Part shown: positions 10,052 through 20,233 of the stretch, piece after piece
Layout: every line of letters begins with the position of its first letter
Position numbering within the stretch: position 1 is the first letter of the stretch
Source: Bdellovibrio sp.
GTDB lineage: Bacteria; Bdellovibrionota; Bdellovibrionia; Bdellovibrionales; Bdellovibrionaceae
Assembly (NCBI GenBank): GCA_036676395.1
Contig: JAKFCY010000002.1
Span: 1,600,001 to 1,664,000, forward strand
Direction of reading: 5' to 3'
Length of the DNA stretch: 64,000 bases
Made by a program: the position numbers and the translations under genes
Notes under the pieces: model-generated
What the model was told of the DNA's origin: nothing
What the model saw: the letters and a program-made list of their open reading frames with translations, nothing else
Databases searched by the model: none

Positions 10052-11053
10052 ATGGCAAAAAAGACTATTTTAAGCGGAAGTACAGTAACTGGTGATTTAA
10101 CTCTTGGTAATTATATCGGAGCCATCAACACCTGGACGCAGTTACAAGATGAATATGACTGTCTTTATTTTTTAGCCGATCTGCATGCGCTTACAGTTCA
10201 TCAAGACCCCGAAGTTTTACGTAATCGCACGTACAGTTTTTTTGCACAGTACGTGGCTTTAGGACTTGATCCGAAAAAAAATATTATCTTTGCCCAGTCA
10301 CAAGTTTCACAACACACAGAGCTTTCATGGATTTTAACTTGTCTGACGCCGATGGGTAATTTAAATCGCATGACTCAGTTTAAAGAAAAAGCTGAAAAAC
10401 ATACGAAAAATATTAACGCCGGGTTATTTACTTACCCCGTCTTAATGGCCGCAGATATTTTAATGTATCAAGCTGATTTTGTTCCGGTAGGTGATGATCA
10501 AAAACAACATTTAGAATTATGCCGTGATCTTGTGACCTTTTTTGAAAATCGTTATGGTAAAGGTATTTTCAAAATGCCAGAGCCAATGATTGGAAAAACT
10601 GGCGCTCGTATTATGTCGCTACAAGACCCGACTAAAAAAATGTCGAAGTCTGATGAAAATGATAAAAACTTTGTTTCTATCATTGATGACGCTAAAAAAA
10701 TTGAAAAGAAAATTAAATCTGCTGCGACTGATTCAGGCACTGAAATTAAATTTGATCCTGAAAATAAAGCCGGCGTTGCAAACTTATTGACGATCTATTC
10801 TGTGTTAAGTGGTAAAACTATCGAGCAATTAGAAAATGATTACGCCGGTAAAATGTATGGTCATTTAAAAGTAGACCTTGCAGATGTTGTTATTCAAAAA
10901 CTAGCTCCGGTTCGCACTAAATATGATGAACTTATGAAAAACAGGGATTACCTGGATCAGTTATTAAAAGAAGGCGCAGAGCGAGCTTCAGAGCGCGCCG
11001 AAGCGACCACTAAAAAAGTCTACGATGCTGTCGGTTTAATTAAGCGCCGATAA
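10052..11053 (+). CDS. trpS: Tryptophan--tRNA ligase
   Basis: TLGNYIG, ADLHA, YPVLMAADIL, VPVGDDQKQHLE and KMSKS. Confidence 0.97.
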   Translation: MAKKTILSGSTVTGDLTLGNYIGAINTWTQLQDEYDCLYFLADLHALTVHQDPEVLRNRTYSFFAQYVALGLDPKKNIIFAQSQVSQHTELSWILTCLTPMGNLNRMTQFKEKAEKHTKNINAGLFTYPVLMAADILMYQADFVPVGDDQKQHLELCRDLVTFFENRYGKGIFKMPEPMIGKTGARIMSLQDPTKKMSKSDENDKNFVSIIDDAKKIEKKIKSAATDSGTEIKFDPENKAGVANLLTIYSVLSGKTIEQLENDYAGKMYGHLKVDLADVVIQKLAPVRTKYDELMKNRDYLDQLLKEGAERASERAEATTKKVYDAVGLIKRR

Positions 11054-11057
11054 TATT

Positions 11058-12371
11058 ATGGCTATAAAGATTTCGCGAATTTTGCATGCGGGATATTTAA
11101 TTCAAACAGAGCATACACAAATCTTGATAGACCCCATTTTTGAAAACCCGTTTAGCCGTAATTGTTATGCTTACCCTAATGTTGAATTTGATCTTGCGCA
11201 GATTAAGACCCTAAAGCTAGACGCTATCTTCATTTCGCATCATCATGACGATCACTGTTCATTCGACAGTTTAAAATTATTAAACCGTGATATTGCGATT
11301 TACATGTACTGTGTGCATGCAGAAATGTTTTCGCTTATTCGCGAATTAGGATTTAAAAACGTTTTTTCTATAAAATTAAATGAAATCATCAAAGTAGCAG
11401 ATTTGGAAGTTATCGCCCATAGAGCTTTAGATGCGAATGTTGATTCGCTTTTTCAAATTAAATCGCAAGGTTTAAATATATTAAATGTTGTTGATTCATG
11501 GATAGATGAAGAAACTCTTGTCTTACTTTTAAATGAGCCTGCTTGGGATTTAATAATGTGGCCATTTCAAACCATGCGTGAAGTCGAAGTCTTATCACCT
11601 AACCGCTATAAAACCGAACCACAGACCTTGCCAGAAGAATGGCTTTCGCAATTAGCAAAACTTAAACCTAAAAACTTAATTCCAAGTTCTTGCCAGTTTC
11701 GCATGGAAGATTGGTCTTGGTATAACCAAGCATTTTTTCCGATCAGTTATCAGCAGTTTGATCACGAAATTAAAGCGATTCTACCGGATACCAAAATTGC
11801 CCGTCTTAACCCTGGCAAAACACTTTCATTAAATCAAAATGAAATTGCTGAAGATCAACCCCTTTCGTGGATTAAACCCATTGGCGATCAGAATGTTGAT
11901 TATCATTATAATCTGTCCGTGATTCCACAAAGTACCAGCGAAATCGCAAAACATTTTCCAGCACTCAATACTGTTAATAAAAACAGCGTACGTAATTACT
12001 GCGAAGAAAAGCTTTTACAAAAATTCACCTCTTTGGGGCCAGCAGAAGATTCGTACTTTATTAAAATTAGATTTTGGCAGCTTTCACTTTTTGATCACAC
12101 AGGTCTTGTGAAAAATTATTATTACCAATTAAAAGAAGAAAATATCACCTTATTAACTAAAACACCCGCTGTGATAAATTGGACCACTGAGGTTTCTGAA
12201 AATAAATTATATGCGGCTCTTAAGCTGGGCGAATCTTTAACTTCGATGTATGTGCGAATAAATTGCGACGATGACGACGTTGATATTATCCAAGACCCGC
12301 TTATTCGCTGCTTATTTAGCGAAGGTTTTGCAAAGTATCAAAAAGCTCAGCTTAAACAAATTTTATCTTAG
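11058..12371 (+). CDS. MBL-fold metallo-hydrolase
   Basis: HAGYL, LIDP and SHHHDDH motifs. Confidence 0.85.
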   Translation: MAIKISRILHAGYLIQTEHTQILIDPIFENPFSRNCYAYPNVEFDLAQIKTLKLDAIFISHHHDDHCSFDSLKLLNRDIAIYMYCVHAEMFSLIRELGFKNVFSIKLNEIIKVADLEVIAHRALDANVDSLFQIKSQGLNILNVVDSWIDEETLVLLLNEPAWDLIMWPFQTMREVEVLSPNRYKTEPQTLPEEWLSQLAKLKPKNLIPSSCQFRMEDWSWYNQAFFPISYQQFDHEIKAILPDTKIARLNPGKTLSLNQNEIAEDQPLSWIKPIGDQNVDYHYNLSVIPQSTSEIAKHFPALNTVNKNSVRNYCEEKLLQKFTSLGPAEDSYFIKIRFWQLSLFDHTGLVKNYYYQLKEENITLLTKTPAVINWTTEVSENKLYAALKLGESLTSMYVRINCDDDDVDIIQDPLIRCLFSEGFAKYQKAQLKQILS

Positions 12372-12574
12372 TAATGTGGTGGCTTTTCGTGGGGACGAAT
12401 TTCGTTATCACCACTTTGAACTGAGTGCACCTGACTTTTAAATAGTGCAAATGCTTTTTCGAGCTGATCGATTTGTTTTTGCTGTCCAATCACAACGGCA
12501 TTCAAATCTTCAATAACTTGATCTTGAAAAGCAATTTTGGTCTCTAAATCTATCAGGCGAAATTCTAATTCCAT
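12368..12574 (-). CDS. slyX: SlyX family protein
   Basis: RLIDLETKIAFQD and C-terminal PPHY. Confidence 0.9.
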   Translation of the reverse strand: MELEFRLIDLETKIAFQDQVIEDLNAVVIGQQKQIDQLEKAFALFKSQVHSVQSGDNEIRPHEKPPHY

Positions 12575-12592
12575 GGCCGAAATAAACCAATA

Positions 12593-12629
12593 ATGCGGCA
12601 AAAGATCAATCATTAATCTTTTGCCGCAT
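12593..12629 (-). terminator. Hairpin, probable terminator of the DUF4142 operon
   Basis: 14-bp perfect stem ATGCGGCAAAAGAT / ATCTTTTGCCGCAT just after the 12646 stop. Confidence 0.65.
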
Positions 12630-12645
12630 CAAAATTACTGCATTT

Positions 12646-12975
12646 CTAATAACCTTGTGTATCGCTAGGCACTACCGTTCCTGATGCCGGAGGTGCCATC
12701 GCTCTACGGCGTGCCTCTGACATATCGGATTCTGTGCCTCTGCGGGAATCAGTGGCTGGATCCATTGGATTCACCGTGGTGATTTCGCTTGGTGCTGTTT
12801 GTCCGGGAACTGCAGGTGCCGTATTCGTAGTTGTCTGAGTCGGACTGACCACACCGGCTCCGGCGTTAGTTCCAACGCCATTTGCTTGCGGTTGCGACTG
12901 TGCCCCACTGAAAGCGCCGTAGCTTATCGTTAAAAACAAAGTAAGAATTTTAATTTTACGTCTAAGTTGAATCAT
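12646..12975 (-). CDS. Secreted low-complexity (T/P/A/G-rich) protein
   Basis: GGAGG RBS, signal peptide, probably disordered. Confidence 0.7.
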   Translation of the reverse strand: MIQLRRKIKILTLFLTISYGAFSGAQSQPQANGVGTNAGAGVVSPTQTTTNTAPAVPGQTAPSEITTVNPMDPATDSRRGTESDMSEARRRAMAPPASGTVVPSDTQGY

Positions 12976-12983
12976 AGTACCTC

Positions 12984-13529
12984 CTACTGAATCACTGATT
13001 TGATTTCTTTAGCGTGTGCGAGATGCACGGTGATCGCATCACGAGTTTTTTCTAAGTGAGCCTTATAGGCCGCATTTTGCGCCCCAGAAATTAACGTGTT
13101 CACAGTGTCTAAAGCTTTTTCGTGCATGCCCACCTGCTGATCCATATACGCACGATCGAAGTCTTCTTTAGCTGTTTTTTTCAAAGTTTTTTCCATATCT
13201 TGGGCTTCGGCTTCTAATGATTTACTCATGTCTGTTTTTTTGAAGTCTAAGTCTTGTTTACGTGCTATTTTTTTTGTGTCTTTTTCATTTTTCTTGTGTT
13301 GATCGACCATCATTTTAGCGTAGTCTTTGACTTGTTTGTTGCTGGCTTTACGTTTGGCTAATTGACCTAAATCAATTTCACCTTCGTTTAGAGTCACCAT
13401 GACCTCTGCACTTTCTCCGTCAGAAAGCGTTGTGGGCATAGCCTTAGCCATGTCTTCAGCTGTAGCATAAGGAATATTGCTTAAAGTGAATAACACGAGT
13501 GTTACCATTGATATTAAAAGTTTTCTCAT
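12984..13529 (-). CDS. DUF4142 (ferritin-like) secreted protein
   Basis: EIDLGQLA, VKDYAKMMVDQH, FDRAYMDQQVGMH and HLAHA. Confidence 0.9.
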   Translation of the reverse strand: MRKLLISMVTLVLFTLSNIPYATAEDMAKAMPTTLSDGESAEVMVTLNEGEIDLGQLAKRKASNKQVKDYAKMMVDQHKKNEKDTKKIARKQDLDFKKTDMSKSLEAEAQDMEKTLKKTAKEDFDRAYMDQQVGMHEKALDTVNTLISGAQNAAYKAHLEKTRDAITVHLAHAKEIKSVIQ

Positions 13530-13594
13530 TTCTAAGTCTCCTTTTTAAGATTGTTTATTTTGCTGCGTGATCCAACAGCGATTAACAATAATAT

Positions 13595-13610
13595 TGCAAG
13601 CGACCCGCCA
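13595..13610 (-). promoter_or_regulatory. Putative sigma54 promoter
   Basis: Minus strand TGGCGGGTCGCTTGCA upstream of the DUF4142 gene. Confidence 0.6.
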
Positions 13611-13687
13611 GAATTGGCGGGGTGATATTCCTCGAAATTGAAAATTTAATTTGGTTTACGACACGTAACGGTGCTAATCTTTTGGCT

Positions 13688-14137
13688 ATGAATACATGGG
13701 TTAGTTTTCTTCCGGCAATCTTAGGTGTGGTCGTTGTTTTACAAGCAGGCCTTAATAAAAAAATCTCTGCAAATTGGGGAATAACTTCAGCCGTTTTATT
13801 AAACGCTATCGTCTTCTTTGTGATTGCGGCTGTATTCTTTGCTGTCGCTTTATGGCGCGGTGATTTGTTCTCAGCGAACATGAAACCCAGTTTAGACCTG
13901 AAAACTTTTTCCCTCTGGTATTTAATTCCAGGCGCTCTAGGTTGTGTTTTAGTTTTTGGTGGCCCGCTGGCGATTATGCGCTGGGGCGCTGTTCACACCT
14001 TTATTTTAATTATTTCAGCACAGTTGTTAGCAAGTCTTATCTGGGATTGGAAAATCGAAGCCCTACCGGTTTCGCCGATGCGTATTGCCGGAATTTCTTT
14101 AGCTTGGATAGGTGCCGTGCTGGTATGCAAGGCCTAA
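13688..14137 (+). CDS. DMT family transporter (YdcZ/DUF606)
   Basis: LQAGLN, WYLIPGALG, QLLASLIWD and five TM helices. Confidence 0.85.
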   Translation: MNTWVSFLPAILGVVVVLQAGLNKKISANWGITSAVLLNAIVFFVIAAVFFAVALWRGDLFSANMKPSLDLKTFSLWYLIPGALGCVLVFGGPLAIMRWGAVHTFILIISAQLLASLIWDWKIEALPVSPMRIAGISLAWIGAVLVCKA

Positions 14138-15033
14138 TCAGCTACTATGCCACGTTACAATCATTGGTTGAAGTGGGCTTAGGAAGTTTTTTACACGCGA
14201 TGCATATTCCTTTCTCAGGGCATGCCTTATCGTTAAACCAAGGATTGATCTTAACTCAAGCTTGTCAAAAAACTGAAAACCGTAAAGAGGCGATCACAGC
14301 AACCAATGGCATTTCAATTATCACAGCCATTCTCAAATCACTTTCGCCAATGGGAAAACGCCTGACGCCGATGCTTGCGATCAGCATGCAGGGGTTTTTA
14401 TTTTCAATCGGTGTGTTTATTTTCGGAAATAATATTCTAGGCATGATTTTAGGTATTAGCCTTTTATCACTCTGGAGTTTTGCGCAACCGCTGCTGTTTG
14501 CTTATTTGTTTTTTGGTGAGAAATTATTTTTTGCTGTTGAAAAGCTTTGGCTAGATACCGCTGAAAAATTATCGCTATCTGCTGAGTATGGTCTAAATAT
14601 CTTAATCGCTTTTGTTGGCTTAAAAATTATCTTAGCATGGATTGTAGCTCTGATTGGCTGGAAGTACCCCACTTGGATTACCGAAAAGTATTTCACTAAA
14701 ATCATGAAGTACAAAGACTTCACGACGAATAAAATTAAAAATAGAAAAACTCAAAGCGCTACTAGCGGCGCTTTTAAAGATTTATTAAACCCCTGGATGA
14801 TCATTTCATTAGTCTTAACGATTGGGTTTATGATTTTAACCGAGAAATCAGATTATTTTCAGATTTTTGTTTATAGTCTGCGAGTCATCGCCATTGCCTA
14901 CGTGGTGTTTTTTATTTTACGGGCTTTTCCGCAAAGCTGGATCAAAAAAGCTCTTAAGTCGTTTCCCACTTTAGCAAAGACTGTGGATCAAGTTTACGAT
15001 CGCGCTCCTGAATCAACTGAGCCGAAACACTAA
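14125..15033 (+). CDS. Polytopic membrane protein, unknown function
   Basis: Likely start at ATG 14125, overlapping the upstream stop. Many TM segments. EVGLGSFLHA and LKSLSP motifs. Confidence 0.7.
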   Translation: MQGLISYYATLQSLVEVGLGSFLHAMHIPFSGHALSLNQGLILTQACQKTENRKEAITATNGISIITAILKSLSPMGKRLTPMLAISMQGFLFSIGVFIFGNNILGMILGISLLSLWSFAQPLLFAYLFFGEKLFFAVEKLWLDTAEKLSLSAEYGLNILIAFVGLKIILAWIVALIGWKYPTWITEKYFTKIMKYKDFTTNKIKNRKTQSATSGAFKDLLNPWMIISLVLTIGFMILTEKSDYFQIFVYSLRVIAIAYVVFFILRAFPQSWIKKALKSFPTLAKTVDQVYDRAPESTEPKH

Positions 15034-15763
15034 CTGCAATCTCATAAGGATGATTTTGTCCGATGGGAAAGCCAATTGGGCAATGAAAGTCTTTAAGCGC
15101 TTCTGCACGAATACCGAATTCTTGTAATTCTTTACGCAGTCTTAACCCTTTAACTTTGCTGCCGATGTTTCCAATAAATGGAGCTTCAGCAAAATGCGTG
15201 TAGAGTTGTTTTAAAATTGGTAAATCCATGGCATGACCTTGAGTCATGATTACAAAAAAAGAATCTTTATTTAGCGTTTCAACCATCGCTGATGGATCTT
15301 CGGCATGAATTTTTTTAAGATTAAAGCTTTCAGGAAGTTTATCTAACCATTCGGTGCGATTATCTATGCAAGTGACCTGACAATTTAAATTAATCAATAA
15401 CCGAATCAAGGCTTGCGAAACATGTCCCGCACCGAAGACCACAATCGGCCAGGTGCTATAACGATGCACTTCAAATAGATATGTGATCTCGCCGCCACAG
15501 CTCATACCGATATCACGCTGTAAGTTCCACGTGATAAGTTCAGGTTCTGATTTATTCTGGTTGATCATTTCTTTACTGTGTAAAATCGCACGCGCTTCAA
15601 CCCGACCACCACCAATAGTACCCCAGTGAAGTCCGTTATCGGTGATAATAGCTTTAGCTCCTGCATCTTGCGGCGCTGAACCGCGCGAACCAATCACTGT
15701 TACGACAACAAAAGACCGTGCCCTATTTTGTAATTCGAAAGCTACATCCCAATATGTTTTCAT
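14954..15763 (-). CDS. xdhC: Xanthine dehydrogenase accessory protein XdhC
   Basis: GSAPQDAGAK, GTIGGG, MSCGG, FGAGHV and IGSK. Coupled to xdhB through TAATG. Confidence 0.93.
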   Translation of the reverse strand: MKTYWDVAFELQNRARSFVVVTVIGSRGSAPQDAGAKAIITDNGLHWGTIGGGRVEARAILHSKEMINQNKSEPELITWNLQRDIGMSCGGEITYLFEVHRYSTWPIVVFGAGHVSQALIRLLINLNCQVTCIDNRTEWLDKLPESFNLKKIHAEDPSAMVETLNKDSFFVIMTQGHAMDLPILKQLYTHFAEAPFIGNIGSKVKGLRLRKELQEFGIRAEALKDFHCPIGFPIGQNHPYEIAVSVSAQLIQERDRKLDPQSLLKWETT

Positions 15764-18195
15764 TAATGCAGCTTCGACCATTTTTTGAAACGTTCAGGAT
15801 TAATGGCTTTTAAAATTTCTTCGTTCGTCGCTGGCAACTCCATCAAAGGATATTTTCCTTTATACGGTGTTAACGTCTTAAGTGCATCGTGAATCGCTGT
15901 CCATACACTTAAACAAAGCAATAATGGCGGCTCGCCTGCCGCTTTGGTGCCGCGAACGTTGGGTTTGTTTTCATTATTATTTAACAAGCGCACATTAAAA
16001 ATTCTTGGCGTATCTTGAATATTCGGAATTTTATACGTACTTGGTGCATGTGATAATAAATAGCCGTTTTTATAAAATAGTTTTTCAGTCGTAACCCAGC
16101 CCATGCCTTGAATAAATGCGCCAGTTACTTGGCCTAAATCAAGCGCTTCATTAATTGGTCGGCCCAGATCCATAATAATATCAACACGAGTCACTTTAGC
16201 TTCGCCGGTGTCTCGATCAATACTGACTTCAGAGCAAGCGGCACCTTGGGTGAAATATAAAAAGGCTACACCTTTGCCCGTTAACTTATTAAAAAGTAAA
16301 CCTGGAAATCTATAATGCGCGTATTCGCTTAGTGAAATTCGATTATGATAGGCTTCAACGATTAACGAATGAAAGCTCATGCGCTTTTCTGGATTTTTTG
16401 TCGAGAAAACTTGGCCATCTTTAAAACTTACCCCGAAGTACTCAGCAATTCCCGAGCTCCATTCAGCGCCTTCGTTAGGATCATTCGTAAGTTTTGCTTC
16501 ATTCACTTCGACTTCGGGCTGAGTACCAAGACCTGCCGTGTGCCTTGCCCAGTGGCTTTCTGGAATATCAAAAAGTTTCAGGGCTAATTCACTCAAGCGC
16601 TGTTTAATTCTGCGAATTCCAATAAGTGCTGCTGCTCCGTTTAGATCTGTACCACTAGAAGCGGCCGTTGGTGAAGTGTTGGCATTTTTATCAGTTGATG
16701 TTGGCATCATGCGAACATCACTGCGCTGCAACCCTAATTCAGAAGCAACTAGTTCAGAAATGCGCGCGTTCACACCTTGGCCCATTTCAGTGGCCCCAGT
16801 TGAAACTTGCAATGTGCCATCACGGTGAATAATGACTAAAGCATTGGCTTGATTCAAAAATCTGGTCGTAAATGAAATACCAAATTTTACTGGCGTTAAT
16901 GACAACCCCTTCATCGGAAGTGATAAATCAGTTATAGCTTTTCGATTATGATCTTCGATTTCTTTACGACGTTTTAAATAATCACTTTCTTTTTCAAGAT
17001 CACTTAATAATCTAGGTAGGCAATTATTTTCAACGACTTGATCGTAGTGAGTCATGTTTCTGCCGTCACGGTCTTCGTAACAATTTAATTTTCTAATCTC
17101 TAAAGAGTCTTTTCCTAAGTAATGCGCGATTTCTTCGATGATTTTTTCAATCATCGCGACACCTTTGGGCCCGCCGAAACCACGAAATGCTGTGTGGGGA
17201 TGGTAATTCGTGCGGCAAACTTGGCCTACAACTCGCATATGCGGAATAAAATAAGCATTATCTGAATGAAGCATCGCGCGCTCCATAATTGATGTCGATA
17301 GATCAGCGTAAGCGCCGCCATCAGAATAAAGTTTGGCATCAAGAGCTGTGATGATACCCTCGTTATCAAAACCGACATTATAAAACACTTCAAACGGATT
17401 GCGTTTACCCGTCATGATCATGTCGTCATCTTTTGTCAGATTAATACGAGCGGCACAATTTAGTTTTTGCGCCACTAACGCTGCGTAGGCCGCAATCGGA
17501 GCAGCTTGGGATTCTTTACCACCAAAACCTCCGCCCATACGTTTTACAATGACGCTCACATCTTTAGAAGTAAGCCCAAGACCGTGCGAAACAACATGCT
17601 GACATTCAGTTGGATGTTGCGATGAAGAATGAATTTCAATCTGCCCGTCTTCTTTAGGGTATGCAACGGCCACATTACTTTCTAAATAGAAATGATCTGC
17701 TCCGCGGATAACTAGTGAATTTTCTAATTTATTGGGTGCAAGTTTTAATGCTTGTTCGACATCACCGCGTTCAATTTTTCTAGACCCTGCGATCCAAGAT
17801 TCTAATGAGATCGCATCTTGAATAGAAAGTACAGCAGGCTTTATTTCATAACTAATTTCAATTAAGGCTTTTGCCTCACAGGCAGCATCAATACTAGTTG
17901 CTGCGATAAGTGCGATCGCTTCGCCAACAAAATTCACTTCAACGTCAGCCAATAACGGCTGATCGCGAAAAATAGTTCCCCAAAGGTTTTCATGAAAGTC
18001 TTTACCTAAGAATATACCCTTTACGCCAGGATGTTTTAAAGCTTTATCAATATTGATCTTTTTAATTTTAGCTTTGGCGTGCGGACTAAATAACACTTCA
18101 ACATGTAATTCATTGGATAACTTTGGGCGATCATCAACGAATTCACTTTGGCCGGTTACATGGGTATGTGCCGAATCGTGAGGAAGATTACTCAT
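15763..18195 (-). CDS. xdhB: Xanthine dehydrogenase molybdopterin-binding subunit
   Basis: PHDSAHTHVTG, RMGGGFGGKESQ, AFRGFGGP, TEMGQG, TAAS and GEPP. Confidence 0.95.
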   Translation of the reverse strand: MSNLPHDSAHTHVTGQSEFVDDRPKLSNELHVEVLFSPHAKAKIKKINIDKALKHPGVKGIFLGKDFHENLWGTIFRDQPLLADVEVNFVGEAIALIAATSIDAACEAKALIEISYEIKPAVLSIQDAISLESWIAGSRKIERGDVEQALKLAPNKLENSLVIRGADHFYLESNVAVAYPKEDGQIEIHSSSQHPTECQHVVSHGLGLTSKDVSVIVKRMGGGFGGKESQAAPIAAYAALVAQKLNCAARINLTKDDDMIMTGKRNPFEVFYNVGFDNEGIITALDAKLYSDGGAYADLSTSIMERAMLHSDNAYFIPHMRVVGQVCRTNYHPHTAFRGFGGPKGVAMIEKIIEEIAHYLGKDSLEIRKLNCYEDRDGRNMTHYDQVVENNCLPRLLSDLEKESDYLKRRKEIEDHNRKAITDLSLPMKGLSLTPVKFGISFTTRFLNQANALVIIHRDGTLQVSTGATEMGQGVNARISELVASELGLQRSDVRMMPTSTDKNANTSPTAASSGTDLNGAAALIGIRRIKQRLSELALKLFDIPESHWARHTAGLGTQPEVEVNEAKLTNDPNEGAEWSSGIAEYFGVSFKDGQVFSTKNPEKRMSFHSLIVEAYHNRISLSEYAHYRFPGLLFNKLTGKGVAFLYFTQGAACSEVSIDRDTGEAKVTRVDIIMDLGRPINEALDLGQVTGAFIQGMGWVTTEKLFYKNGYLLSHAPSTYKIPNIQDTPRIFNVRLLNNNENKPNVRGTKAAGEPPLLLCLSVWTAIHDALKTLTPYKGKYPLMELPATNEEILKAINPERFKKWSKLH

Positions 18196-19654
18196 GACTT
18201 GCCCCATTTTCGCGAAAGAATTTATTAAATAGATTTTCGGTCACGATATGGCGAAATGTATCCGATGCACGTAAATCACTTAATGGCGTAATTTCAGCAT
18301 GCAAATGATCTAAAGCTTTTTCTAACAAGGCTTGGTCGATTGTTGTGTTCGTTAAGCTTTTTTCAGTTTTATATAAACGTAGTGTCGTCGCAGCTACGCC
18401 GCCAACGGCGATTTTAATATCTTTGATTTTAGTTTTTTCTTTATCAGCCCATAATACACGAGCTGCAAAGTTAACCGCTGAAATATCTAAATCTTTACGC
18501 TGAGATATTTTATAAAGCGCTAAAGATTCATGTTTTTGCGGAATATCAAAATGCAAAGCTACGATGATCTCTTTCGAAGTCAGTGCGATTTTGCGATAAT
18601 CTAAAAAAAACGATTCTAATTTCACGAAACGTTTTTTAGTAGGACCATGAATTTCGACTTCAGTGTTCATCGTTAGCAAAAATGGCGGTGTATCAGCAAT
18701 TGGCGAAGCATTTGCCACGTTTCCGACTAAGGTAGCTAAGTTTTTAATTTGTGGCGATGCGAATAAATCTAAAAATCTGGCAAATTCAGGAATCAGATCT
18801 TTCACGTACAAACGCAAATCACTTAACGTAACACGGGCCCCAACCGACAAGCGCGTTTTCGATGTTTTTTCGATGTCATATAATTCGGGCACTAAATGTA
18901 AGCTTAGAGTCTGCGATAAACGCATTTTGCGTTTATTATGCACAACTCCCAGATCTGTGGCCGCAGCTACAATTTTAGCCGATTTGTTTTTACCTAAGAA
19001 ATTAACAGCATCTTTAATTTTAACAGGGGCAAAGAACGAAAATTTATCGCTAGTTAACACAATTGGTACTTTTAAATGAGCTGCCACATCTTTTTGCGAA
19101 GCAAGGCTTGAAAATCTTTTACTCACCGATTCAGATTCGCTCAAAGAAATGTTTTTCGCAGCATCAATAATGGGTTGATAACCGGTGCAGCGGCAAAGAT
19201 TACCTGTGGTCGCATTTTTAGCATCACAAGAAGTAATTTCTGTTTGTTTTTGGCAAAGTTTTTTCTCGACTAAACCAGTCAACGCCATCACAAAACCCGG
19301 AGTACAAAAGCCACACTGACTGCCATGGCAAGTCATCATCGCCTTTTGCACTGGCGTATGCTCTGGATTCGCCAAGGCATCAACTGTGACTAAATGTGAG
19401 CCATCCATCTGTGCAACTGTCGTCACACATGAATTAATCGGCAGAAAAATGTTTTTCTTTTTTCCAGACTGATAAGGGTAAAAACGCAGCACCGAGCAGG
19501 CGCCACAGTCGCCCTCAGCACAGACGATTTTTGTCCCCGTAAGATTCTTATGATAACGAAGATAATCTGAAAGCATCACGCCGGCCTGTTCGCCCGAAAT
19601 TTGATGTCTTTCACCATTAAGATAAAATAGGATGTAATTGCGTGTCTTCATCAA
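18188..19654 (-). CDS. xdhA: Xanthine dehydrogenase Fe-S/FAD subunit
   Basis: CAEGDCGAC, QCGFCTPG, GNLCRC, ASPIAD and DISAV. Confidence 0.95.
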   Translation of the reverse strand: MMKTRNYILFYLNGERHQISGEQAGVMLSDYLRYHKNLTGTKIVCAEGDCGACSVLRFYPYQSGKKKNIFLPINSCVTTVAQMDGSHLVTVDALANPEHTPVQKAMMTCHGSQCGFCTPGFVMALTGLVEKKLCQKQTEITSCDAKNATTGNLCRCTGYQPIIDAAKNISLSESESVSKRFSSLASQKDVAAHLKVPIVLTSDKFSFFAPVKIKDAVNFLGKNKSAKIVAAATDLGVVHNKRKMRLSQTLSLHLVPELYDIEKTSKTRLSVGARVTLSDLRLYVKDLIPEFARFLDLFASPQIKNLATLVGNVANASPIADTPPFLLTMNTEVEIHGPTKKRFVKLESFFLDYRKIALTSKEIIVALHFDIPQKHESLALYKISQRKDLDISAVNFAARVLWADKEKTKIKDIKIAVGGVAATTLRLYKTEKSLTNTTIDQALLEKALDHLHAEITPLSDLRASDTFRHIVTENLFNKFFRENGASHE

Positions 19655-19716
19655 TCTTCATTGTTCCCTTAAAACGCTCTTGATCTAAAGATTTTTCTTT
19701 TGTAACGTAGTTCGTC

Positions 19717-20181
19717 ATGAACAATCAATATATGAAAAGAGCCATTGAGCTTTCAAAAAATAATATCGCCCACGGCGGCGGTCCCTTTGGCGCTGTCATT
19801 GTAAAAGATGGTAAAATTATCGGTGAAGGTTTTAACAAGGTCACCGCTAACAACGACCCCACAGCTCATGCTGAGGTTGAAGCCATCCGCGAAGCTTGTA
19901 AGAACATCAGCAACTTTGATTTAAACGGTGCCGAAATTTACACCAGCTGCGAACCCTGCCCGATGTGCTTATCGGCTATTTACTGGGCGCGCCTATCGAA
20001 AGTTTATTACGCCAATACAAAAAAAGATGCTGCAGATATCGAATTTGATGATGCTTTCATCTACACTGAAATTCCAAAACCGATTGAACAACGAAAAATT
20101 TCAATGGTTCAGATGATGCGCCCCGAAGCTTTAGAAGTTTTTAAAGCCTGGCAAACTTCAACAGTAAAAATTAAGTACTAG
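19717..20181 (+). CDS. guaD: CDA-fold nucleoside deaminase, probable guanine deaminase
   Basis: GGPFGA, AHAE, PCPMC, FDD..IY and C-terminal Tyr, as in Bacillus GuaD. Divergent from xdhA. Confidence 0.85.
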   Translation: MNNQYMKRAIELSKNNIAHGGGPFGAVIVKDGKIIGEGFNKVTANNDPTAHAEVEAIREACKNISNFDLNGAEIYTSCEPCPMCLSAIYWARLSKVYYANTKKDAADIEFDDAFIYTEIPKPIEQRKISMVQMMRPEALEVFKAWQTSTVKIKY

Positions 20182-20233
20182 GCATACGAATTGTAACTTT
20201 GTTTTGGAACACGATTCCAATCGAGGTAAAACA

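Noticed and set aside
13603..13623. ACCCGCCA-GAAT-TGGCGGGGT hairpin as a terminator
   Set aside because: It lies between divergent genes with no upstream transcript to terminate and has no U-tract. It overlaps the sigma54 motif, so it is at most an operator.
13942..14124. N-terminal 61 codons of the 363-aa ORF
   Set aside because: They overlap the DMT gene in another frame. ATG 14125 at the DMT stop is the more plausible start, so no frameshift needs to be invoked.
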